A stretch of DNA of 24,000 nucleotides from an uncultured Candidatus Saccharibacteria bacterium (GCA_964423025.1 CAYRDH010000007.1:1-24000); one strand, 5' to 3'; shown: positions 9,058 to 16,100, counted from the stretch's first letter. A program made the numbers and translations. Notes: generated by a model not told the origin, from the sequence alone.

Positions 9058-9114
9058 GGTTAGGAGAGGGATATGTTTTGTGTGTTTTAAGCACTGGTAT
9101 ATTCTCTCCTAACC
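9058..9114 (-). repeat. Long hairpin, third member of the GTTAG/CTAAC hairpin family; no ribozyme attached
   Basis: GGTTAGGAGAG..ATAT (9058-9074) pairs with ATAT.CTCTCCTAACC (9099-9114), about 16 bp with one bulge. It has the same base sequence (GTTAG/CTAAC) and the same purine-rich/pyrimidine-rich arm layout as the hairpins at 9711-9774 and 10168-10226. It lies 60 nt after the stop of the 9174..9545 gene. Confidence 0.7.
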
Positions 9115-9173
9115 CTTTTTCTCTTGGGCAATGTATTAAAACGTTATTTGCCAAAAGAATGGATGCAAAGTTG

Positions 9174-9545
9174 CTATTTAAGTGAATCTCGGAGATTTTC
9201 CAACTTGGTCTCGACTTCTTCGAAGTAAACTTCCTCGCAGGAATCACTTGCGATGGAATCTCGAAGTTTGGTTATTCTTTTTAGGCATTGGACATTCTCA
9301 ATGATTCTCTGGATTTCTGAACGATGCGATCCCTGAACAACATAGAAATCGTTTTGGAAGGTATCCAAGAAATTGAGAATAACCCAGACATAGCCAGCGA
9401 TAACTGCAGCTATTCCGAAGAAGAGCATGCCAATGTCATCTAGCTGTATCGTGTAGATCAGAAACCATGTACAACCGGCTGTGATGATGAGCCTTATCAG
9501 TGTATTAGCTGTAAAGGTTAGTACAAACTTTTTCCAAATGGACAT
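9174..9545 (-). CDS. Small two-TM membrane protein with a C-terminal coiled-coil-like tail (123 aa), gene C of the array
   Basis: ORF track. Strong SD context CCAAGGAGGTTAAAAATG. Two hydrophobic helices, then a charged helical tail. Confidence 0.75.
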   Translation of the reverse strand: MSIWKKFVLTFTANTLIRLIITAGCTWFLIYTIQLDDIGMLFFGIAAVIAGYVWVILNFLDTFQNDFYVVQGSHRSEIQRIIENVQCLKRITKLRDSIASDSCEEVYFEEVETKLENLRDSLK

Positions 9546-9603
9546 TTTTAACCTCCTTGGTTAAGTGTTGGAATAGGGACTTTGCATTTTAAAGAACATA
9601 TAT

Positions 9604-9612
9604 ATTATACCA
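9604..9612 (-). promoter_or_regulatory. Extended -10 element TGGTATAAT upstream of gene C
   Basis: The minus strand reads TGGTATAAT. A homologous TGATATAAT occupies the equivalent position in the other repeat unit (10062-10070). No convincing -35. Confidence 0.4.
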
Positions 9613-9656
9613 AAATACAGGCCTATAGCATATATCTTCTTTGATAAGCAGGACGG

Positions 9657-9710
9657 AGTAAGTTTCGCTTCATTTCAGAAGCTCATCAGATTTGTAACAA
9701 ATGACTTACT
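9657..9710 (-). ncRNA. Hammerhead self-cleaving ribozyme, type III topology (copy 1)
   Basis: The minus strand reads AGUAAGUC-AUUUG-UUA-CAAAU-CUGAUGA-GCUUC-UGAAAU-GAAGC-GAA-ACUUACU. The parts are: stem III 5' strand plus GUC cleavage triplet (C17 is the complement of 9703); stem I of 5 bp closed by a triloop; core C3-A9 as CUGAUGA; stem II of 5 bp starting G10.1-C11.1 with a hexaloop; core G12 A13 A14; the A15.1-U16.1 pair; and a 7-bp stem III. Every invariant core position is present. Confidence 0.88.
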
Positions 9711-9774
9711 AGTTAGAGGAGGAATATATTGTTGAGATGTACATTTACATGTACCAATATATCCTCCTCTAACT
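9711..9774 (-). repeat. Long hairpin immediately 5' of hammerhead copy 1 on the coding strand
   Basis: AGTTAGAGGAGGAATATATTG (9711-9731) pairs with CAATATATCCTCCTCTAACT (9755-9774), 20 bp with one bulged A. The apical part adds GTACAT/ATGTAC (9739-9744 with 9749-9754). There is no linker before ribozyme stem III (9710). The hairpin starts 8 nt after the stop of the 61-aa gene. The T-run (9774-9778) is on the + strand side only. Confidence 0.8.
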
Positions 9775-9782
9775 TTTTAGGT

Positions 9783-9968
9783 TTATCTGCCCCAGATTCT
9801 TTTGTATGCATCGAAAAAAATAAATGAGACACCAATTATGACAATAATTGTTATTATGACATAGCTTGGTCCCAAACTAACTGCGTAGTGCATGCTATTC
9901 ACCATAGAATATATGGCGACCATTACAAGGAGTGTAACGGGTATGGAAAGGAGAATTTTTCTCTTCAT
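9783..9968 (-). CDS. Very small two-TM membrane protein (61 aa), gene B of the array
   Basis: ORF track. Strong SD context CCCAGGAGGTAAAAATG. Two hydrophobic helices and a basic C terminus (KRIWGR). Confidence 0.7.
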   Translation of the reverse strand: MKRKILLSIPVTLLVMVAIYSMVNSMHYAVSLGPSYVIITIIVIIGVSFIFFDAYKRIWGR

Positions 9969-10061
9969 TTTTACCTCCTGGGTAGAATGAGTTTTAATGA
10001 GCAGATATTATTTATCCTTAAATAGAAAAAGATCATATTAATAGGATATTAACCTATATAC

Positions 10062-10070
10062 ATTATATCA
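10062..10070 (-). promoter_or_regulatory. Extended -10 element TGATATAAT upstream of gene B
   Basis: The minus strand reads TGATATAAT. It lies in a stretch (10052-10091) that aligns at roughly 70% identity with 9596-9633, which carries the other -10 element. Confidence 0.4.
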
Positions 10071-10113
10071 AAATATCAACCTATAGTATAGCAATGCTGA
10101 TTCCTGTCTTTGG

Positions 10114-10167
10114 GGTAAGTTTCGCTTCATTTCAGAAGCTCATCAGATTTGTAACAAATGACTTACT
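10114..10167 (-). ncRNA. Hammerhead self-cleaving ribozyme, type III topology (copy 2)
   Basis: 10115-10173 is 100% identical to 9658-9716 (59 nt). Core and stems match copy 1. C17 is the complement of 10160. The outermost stem III pair is an A-C mismatch, leaving 6 bp. Confidence 0.88.
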
Positions 10168-10226
10168 AGTTAGGGGAGAGATTGTTTTTGTTATTGTACC
10201 TATATGTACCAATTTCTCCCCTAACT
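10168..10226 (-). repeat. Long hairpin immediately 5' of hammerhead copy 2 on the coding strand
   Basis: AGTTAGGGGAGAGATTG (10168-10184) pairs with CAATTTCTCCCCTAACT (10210-10226), 17 bp including one G-U. The base AGTTAG/CTAACT is identical to copy 1, and the inner stem differs by compensatory changes. Apical GTAC/GTAC pairing is possible. A T-rich run (TTTTCTTCT) follows on the + strand side only. Confidence 0.8.
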
Positions 10227-10299
10227 TTTCTTCTCCAAGGTAAGGTTTGCTAAGACACTTAGCTAAGAGAATTATGCAGGGTTCTTTGTTTGGGCTTAG

Positions 10300-10749
10300 T
10301 TATTTTTGCTCAATGAGCTTGTCGATTTTTCTTTCCAACGATTGAAGCTTGTATTTGAGGTCATCCTCTGACATCTTTCGTTCAAGCATAGAGACTTTAA
10401 ACTCTGACTTTGACAGGATGTCGTTAACGTAATTGGATGACTGTCGGAAGCGAATCTGCCAGAGGTCTCTTTGTATATGACGAAAGTCGTCATCATGTCT
10501 ACGAGCGAAGGTTATCCAATAAGTGTACCAAGCAATAAAGATGTATCCAGCGACTGCGAAAGCAATGCGGATAGCTGACTGCTTTTCTATTCCTGAAAGT
10601 AAAAGCTCAGAGAATTGGTACAACATGAGTATAGCCCAAGCAACGTAGAGTAGTCCTAGAAACACCTCGGAAAGGGTTTCAAACAGTATTGTGTGTTCCG
10701 AGACAAAGTTTTTAATCTTGTCCCAAAGATTTTTAAAGAAGTTTTTCAT
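10300..10749 (-). CDS. Small two-TM membrane protein with a C-terminal coiled-coil-like tail (149 aa from the ATG at 10749), gene A of the array
   Basis: ORF 10300..10809, trimmed to the ATG preceded by CACGGAGGTGTAATAATG. Begins MKNFFKNLW. Two hydrophobic helices, then a charged heptad-like tail. Weak resemblance to gene C (an AGY motif in TM2, then xTF..DF..Q). Confidence 0.75.
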   Translation of the reverse strand: MKNFFKNLWDKIKNFVSEHTILFETLSEVFLGLLYVAWAILMLYQFSELLLSGIEKQSAIRIAFAVAGYIFIAWYTYWITFARRHDDDFRHIQRDLWQIRFRQSSNYVNDILSKSEFKVSMLERKMSEDDLKYKLQSLERKIDKLIEQK

Positions 10750-10870
10750 TATTACACCTCCGTGAAGTGTTGTGGTGAGTTGATAAGCCAAGGCCAAAGA
10801 ACCATGCATTTTTTAAAGATCGTTTTCCTTGTTAAACAAGGTTTAAACAGGGTTATTATATAATAATTAG

Positions 10871-10898
10871 GATTAAAAATAAACCCATAGAATGGGTT
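10871..10898 (-). terminator. Putative intrinsic terminator (minus strand)
   Basis: The minus strand reads AACCCA-UUCUA-UGGGUU followed by UAUUUUUAAUC. The stem is only 6 bp. It lies 27 nt after the stop of the 47-aa ORF. Confidence 0.45.
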
Positions 10899-10924
10899 AT
10901 ATAGATTAATGGAGGTATGGGTGT

Positions 10925-11068
10925 TTATTCTGGCTTTGCTATCCAAGATGGATCAGATATTCCTTCTGTGAGGATATCTTGGGAAGTGTCTACAGGAAGT
11001 TCCTGCTTAGGTAGGAATACTGGAACAAAGAATGTATTTAATATTGTTATGATTGCTAGTATTAACAT
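10925..11068 (-). CDS. Small membrane protein (47 aa), below the ORF-track cutoff and probably leaderless
   Basis: Hand translation of the minus strand gives MLILAIITILNTFFVPVFLPKQELPVDTSQDILTEGISDPSWIAKPE, then TAA. It has an N-terminal hydrophobic helix. TGGTATAAT ends 5 nt before the ATG, and a terminator-like hairpin follows. Confidence 0.45.
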   Translation of the reverse strand: MLILAIITILNTFFVPVFLPKQELPVDTSQDILTEGISDPSWIAKPE

Positions 11069-11073
11069 AGGAG

Positions 11074-11082
11074 ATTATACCA
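11074..11082 (-). promoter_or_regulatory. Extended -10 element TGGTATAAT driving the 47-aa ORF
   Basis: The minus strand reads TGGTATAAT, the same 9-mer as at 9604-9612, followed by CTCCT and the ATG at 11068. Confidence 0.4.
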
Positions 11083-11096
11083 TGGGGAAGGGGTTT

Positions 11097-13004
11097 TTAA
11101 AAGGTTTGCTCCTGCTCTTCATCTTTTCTTGTTAGTAGGGCTATGAAGATTATTAACAGGGGAATTATTATTACTAGAGATATCCAGAGCATACTGTTAT
11201 CTTTATCCTCAGTACTCTCTCCTTTTACGTCACCGCTTGTGTAATCTAAAGGATAGTTGTTGGTATTCATGTCTGTTTGTTCCATTAGCATAGGGTCGTT
11301 GTCCATTTCTAATATTTCATTCTCTTCTGGGACTTCATTTGTGGTCTCTTCCTCGGGCTTTTGAATAGGAGGAGGCTCCTCTGTGTTTTCTTCTGTAGTA
11401 GTATTTGTTTCTGTTTCTGTATTGTTTGTGGTTGTTGTAGTTGAGGTGTTGGCTCCGAGTACGGGTTCTTCTGTCTCCTGAGGAGGGGGTGGAGGTTCGG
11501 GGATAGTAAAGTTTGTGGATTTAACTTCTTCGTTTCCTGCGTTATCTGTGGCTCTTATGTAGAGGGTGTATGTCCCTGGTTCGTTATTTACAAGTGGATC
11601 TAAGGGTTCTCCTGGTAGATATGTAGTCCATTGTGTTAAAGAACCAATCCTCATTTCTGTGTTTTTAATGCCAGAGAGGTTGTCAGAGGTGGATACAGAC
11701 TGTAAAATTCTGTCCTCTGAGATATTTATACTCCCTATTACTGGTCTTGTGGCATCGTACATAATGTTTTCTACAAGGGGTGCTAATTCAAGATCTTCTG
11801 TGTTGTCTGCAAGGTCTTTGGATTGTGCTTTTATACAGTAGGTACCATCTTCTAGGGAATATTCGTAATGTGACCAATTAAAGGGTTCGGTTTCTTTGTC
11901 TAATATCTCTTTTGTTGTTAATTGAAGCCACTCCTCATTACAGATTTCTGTTTCTGTGTCATATGTTGTGTAATATATGGAGACTGTATCTAGGGTGTAA
12001 TTGTCTGTAGAGTAACCGCTAATATTTAATGGAGCTTTGCTTATATGGCCACTAGCAGGAGAAGTTATTGAGGTTGTTGGTGTTTCTGCGTCTATTGTTA
12101 GAGTACAGGATTCGGATGTCTCTCCCTTATTCCCTCCTCTATCTACAGCAGTGACTACAAAGTCATATGTGTTCTGGTCTGGGATTAGGTCCTCTTCTTG
12201 GATATCGTAGTAGAGGTTTTCAGAGGTTTTCTCCCAAGGGTCTTGTAGTTCTCCTTCTTCTAGGGGTGCTTCTGGATTAAGTTCTGTCTCTGTTGGTTTG
12301 AGTGTTATTAGGTAGTGGTCAACGATTGGAACGTATATGGTAGCGGGTATCGGGGGGACTTCGAGAGGTGGCTCTAGAGGATCCCAATTGTCATTTGACT
12401 TCTCCCAGTGAATCCTAATCTCAGAGTTGCCTGTGTAAGTGTTGCAGCCGAGCAAACTCTCTGGGTCAGAAGTGTATCCATTGTACACATTTACTCCCCT
12501 TACTTTCTCAGGAGGTTTGTTGTCTATAATAAACAGAGTTGTGTCGTATTGTCCTTCTGGTTTGGAGGGATTTCCTGCCTCATCTATTGCAACCACGGCA
12601 TACCAATATATCCCTTCCATAAGGTCTTCGTCATAGCCTGTTTCTGGGTGTCTTGTTGTTCCTACATATGTAAATGGTTCTTCTAATATAGGGATAAGGC
12701 CATAGTGGTATGGTATGTATAGGTAGGTCATATCCTCTGGCAGGGTTACGTTGTCTTCTGCTGGTTCCCATTCGACATAGAAGTTTTGGGAATTAAGAAC
12801 TGTTTCTGGTTCCCTAGGAGGGAATATGTGGGTTGGTACTGTTGGTGGTTGTGTGTCTATGATGGTTTCTGTTTCAGTGGGTGGTGTGGATGCTTCTTGT
12901 GCTAGTGTGTTAAAGGAGTTTAGGGAGAGGAGGTATATAAACGCAGAAAAAAAGGCTATTAAGAGTAGAATTCTAAGGTAATTGTTTCTACGTGACCTTA
13001 TCAT
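11097..13004 (-). CDS. Large cell-surface protein (635 aa): signal peptide, Ig-like/fibronectin-like beta domains, acidic Thr/Glu/Pro linker, C-terminal TM anchor
   Basis: N-terminal signal-like YLRILLLIAFFSAFIYLLSL. Recurrent domain-boundary motifs (IDNKPPE, IDAETPT, YDATRPV). Low-complexity T/N/E/P tract. C-terminal WISLVIIIPLLIIFIALLTRKDEEQEQTF. Confidence 0.85.
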   Translation of the reverse strand: MIRSRRNNYLRILLLIAFFSAFIYLLSLNSFNTLAQEASTPPTETETIIDTQPPTVPTHIFPPREPETVLNSQNFYVEWEPAEDNVTLPEDMTYLYIPYHYGLIPILEEPFTYVGTTRHPETGYDEDLMEGIYWYAVVAIDEAGNPSKPEGQYDTTLFIIDNKPPEKVRGVNVYNGYTSDPESLLGCNTYTGNSEIRIHWEKSNDNWDPLEPPLEVPPIPATIYVPIVDHYLITLKPTETELNPEAPLEEGELQDPWEKTSENLYYDIQEEDLIPDQNTYDFVVTAVDRGGNKGETSESCTLTIDAETPTTSITSPASGHISKAPLNISGYSTDNYTLDTVSIYYTTYDTETEICNEEWLQLTTKEILDKETEPFNWSHYEYSLEDGTYCIKAQSKDLADNTEDLELAPLVENIMYDATRPVIGSINISEDRILQSVSTSDNLSGIKNTEMRIGSLTQWTTYLPGEPLDPLVNNEPGTYTLYIRATDNAGNEEVKSTNFTIPEPPPPPQETEEPVLGANTSTTTTTNNTETETNTTTEENTEEPPPIQKPEEETTNEVPEENEILEMDNDPMLMEQTDMNTNNYPLDYTSGDVKGESTEDKDNSMLWISLVIIIPLLIIFIALLTRKDEEQEQTF

Positions 13005-13063
13005 TATATGGGCAGTAATTTATTGCTATTAAAACGATCTTAGGGGTATTTTAGCCCCATTAA

Positions 13064-13092
13064 AATATAACTTCTTTAGTATGTTGTGTCAA
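13064..13092 (-). promoter_or_regulatory. Putative sigma70-type promoter for the 635-aa surface protein gene
   Basis: The minus strand reads TTGACA (13092-13087), a 17-nt spacer, then TATATT (13069-13064), about 60 nt upstream of the ATG at 13004. Confidence 0.5.
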
Positions 13093-13110
13093 TTAAGTTT
13101 TACTTTATTT

Positions 13111-13140
13111 AAAGAAAAAGACAGGGTTAACCCCCTGTCT
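13111..13140 (-). terminator. Intrinsic terminator after the giant surface protein gene (minus strand)
   Basis: The minus strand reads AGACAGGG-GGUUAA-CCCUGUCU (8 bp, GC-rich) followed by UUUUCUUU. It starts about 20 nt after the stop at 13162. Confidence 0.7.
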
Positions 13141-13161
13141 TCTCTTGGCAGTTTTTAGATA

Positions 13162-16100
13162 TTAGAACTGTGGTTCGTTATCCTCTTTTCTTCTTTTCCA
13201 GAGGATTAGGAAGATAGCTAGTATAGGGAGTATGACTAATGGATATATCCACCATTTAGTTTGTTCTCCTTCTGTAGTTTCTTCTTGATTAGTTGGTTGT
13301 TCATTATTATCTTCTTCACCTTTAACAGCAGTAGTATCTTCTGTTATTGTTTCTTCCTCAGGAGTTTGTTGTTCCTCAGTATCTAATAGATCTGTTTGAG
13401 AATAGAGGTAGCCACCTGTACCAAGGGGAGAGTTATATGTTCCAGTAGGGGGTTGTTTCGAAGAGGGTGTGGTACTGTCAGTCCCATCGGATATCCCATC
13501 TATACTTCTATTTTCCGTTGTTGCTCCTGCTACTGCACCTACTGTTATATCTACAGAGTCTGTTGATGTGTCTCCATCTGCATCTGTTACGGTTACTGTG
13601 CATGTATATGATCCTTCTGTTGTTGGATCAAATATTGTTTGTGCATCTGTTCCTGTACAATCTCCTGACCATAGGTATGTGAATGTTGGATTACCATTGG
13701 TTACTGTAGTAGAGAGTACGATTGGATCGTCTCCTGCTGTTACTTCTGTGTCTGTAGGATTTATTGTTATCGTCGGTGTATTGTTTTGTATTGTTACTAT
13801 GAAGGTTTGAACATCACTTTCATTTTCTGCTTTGTCTGTAGCGTAGTAGGAGATTTGATATACACCTTCCGGTAGCACAGAAAGATTTATTGTAGTAAAT
13901 GAAGATCCTTGCCAGTTTTCTATAGCTTTTCTTACTTCATCTGCTAGAGAGAATTCATTATTAATGCTCAGATTACTTGCGTCAATGGAAACACAATATT
14001 CAGTAGATGTTCCTAGAGTTCCTGAGGCATCTTTTATTGTTATACATACTTGATCTAATTCACCGTAGCTGTCTGTAAGTGTTACAGTGTCTGTTGGGAA
14101 TGATTCTCCTTCGGTTAAGGTCATATCTGAATGACTAGCAATTACAGGGAGGGTATTATCAACTGTTACTTCTATTTCCTCATGATGATAATTTCCTGCT
14201 AGATCTTTTCCTGCAGCTCTAAGAGTATATACACCATTAAGTTCACTTCCTGTACTTTCATCTGATAGTCGTGGATTTAATGAATCTAGAGTCCAATCAA
14301 AGCTTGTTCCATTGGTATCTATTTTGTGGTTTTGTTTATTAGCTTCTGCGTCTTGTATTGTCTGCTCATCGCTCCACCACCAGAAATTTATGTAGTCGCA
14401 ATCTCCAAGAGTACCATCACATGTTACATCTAAAGAAATGTTTCCTGATAATAAATCTAAGTCTTGTGGAGTATTCCAATTGATTGTAGGAGGTGTATTA
14501 TCAACGTCAATTTGATAAGTAGCATATTTTATGTTTTCAGAGTAATCTCTAATTGATGCTCGAATGGTATATGTTCCACTTTCAAGTTCAGATATATCTA
14601 TATCTGTAGCATTATGGCTAACATTAAGTGTTTCTGGTGTAATATCGTGAGCTAATCTTCCAATTTCAATAACTGCAGAACCAGTATTACTTTCATTATA
14701 GATGTTTGTAGCTACTGTTCTAGCACCTGACAAATTGTCTGTTCCAGATACTGTAAAACTTAGTTTTTTGTCAGTTATATTAACATTAGTAATTTTTACA
14801 GTAGGTTTTGTTTTATCTACTACAAAATGTAATCCTAATACATCTCTATATTGATTTATTATAGGTATATTCCATCTTGTAGTATTGTCATATACTTGAT
14901 GTGCCATATAGTATTCTCCATCCGGTAGAGACTCTATACATTTAGTAAAACTGATTTTTTCAGTAAGATCATATGTATTACCAGTTAGACCCTCTATCAA
15001 GTTTGGACTCTTTCTCCAACTGCAGTATGCTTGCTTGTCATTAGCACTGAATCTAAATGATCCGTCATCTTGTGCTTGGAAGATTACAAATGAGTCTTGG
15101 TATAATCCAGAAGAGGGAATAGTATCTGCATATTGAGCTGTAAAGGAAAGTTGGTTAATTCCTTTGACATAAGTAATCGGATTTGCTGTTTCGTCTATGG
15201 TAATTTCATTGTTATAGTGTGTGTATATAGCTGTTGGTGGGTTGGTATCTATGAATATGTCTTGAGATACAGTTTTTGTATTCCCCGCTTTGTCTGTCCC
15301 CACTATTTTTAAGGTATTTATTCCATCTTCAAGTGCTGGTAATTCTACTATCCAATATGTACCACCATCGTATTCTGCTGTTTGTTCATTTACAGTAACA
15401 GAGTTCATTCCTGATAACAAATCAGATGCTGATATTAATACTATTGGTGTATTATCGCTTGTATTTATATTTAGTGTATCTACAGGAACTGATGGATATC
15501 TGTAATCATAGTGTCTAAGGCCTTCAAAGGATACTGTTGGCTCTACTGTATCCATTGTAAAATATCTAATTGCTTCAGGGTTTACATTCCCATATCCAGC
15601 ATTATCGCCTGCATGAATACGAAGCATATATTTTGTACCATTCACCAAGTTTCCAGTATCTATAGTACATAAAATATCCGCATGTTTGTTTTCATTACTG
15701 TATGTCAGTGCTGTTGTTCCAGATTTACAACCAGACTTCCAAGTTCCCCCATCTTGTGTTCTTACATCAAAGAATACGGACCTTAAAGCTACATTATCAT
15801 CTGCAATTCCTTTTACATCAAAATCACCGTTTACATATGAATTATTGGCAGGTGCAGAAATTAGTTTTGCTGTTGGACCGTGAGTATCATAATAGATTAC
15901 AAAAGGTGCTGAGGGAGCAGAAACTCCATTTTTATTTACTGCTATTACCTGGTATGAGTATCTACCATTGCCGTGCGCTCCAAAGCCGTTATATGTTTTT
16001 AACCACGCGTTCGTATTAGGACCTTGATAACTTAATTTTGTTGTCCCATCTGGGAAAGTTCCCAAAATACGATAACCTGTTACTAGATCAATAGGATTAG

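Noticed and set aside
9711-9774. The gene-terminal hairpins as integron attC sites, suggested by the cassette-like layout and imperfect inverted repeats with bulges
   Set aside because: The conserved base reads GTTAG...CTAAC (5' to 3'). attC has RYYYAAC at the 5' end and GTTRRRY at the 3' end, so the order is inverted relative to attC. No IntI integrase or attI is visible. I cannot fully exclude a novel recombination site, but nothing supports one.
9711-9778. The hairpins as ordinary intrinsic terminators of the small genes
   Set aside because: On the coding (minus) strand the hairpins are followed by AGUAAGUCAUUUG (copies 1 and 2) or AAAAACCC (copy 3), not by a U-tract. The U-tracts are on the opposite strand.
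9658-10173. The 59-nt identical direct repeats as a possible CRISPR array
   Set aside because: There are only two copies, spaced 457 nt apart, with a gene between them. The repeat itself is fully explained by the hammerhead fold. No cas genes lie in the window.
9174-10749. An impression that the small-gene array and the 1250 gene have higher GC content than the rest, suggesting horizontal transfer
   Set aside because: Hand counts of 60-nt samples gave 28/60 (9181-9240) and 26/60 (1491-1550). Housekeeping samples gave 20/60 (21982-22041), 27/60 (7981-8040) and 26/60 (19001-19060). There is no consistent difference, so a proper windowed calculation is needed.
10750-10809. The N-terminal 20-codon extension of ORF 10300..10809 (MHGSLALAYQLTTTLHGGVI)
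   Set aside because: The extension covers the leader and the GGAGGTG SD that sits 6 nt before the internal ATG at 10749. It is not hydrophobic or signal-like. It also overlaps leader motifs shared with gene C.
10917-11135. The + strand ORF (72 aa) with GGAGGT directly before its ATG
   Set aside because: There is no spacing between the SD-like string and the ATG. The ORF overlaps the 3' end of the 635-aa gene and is antisense to the better-framed 47-aa ORF.
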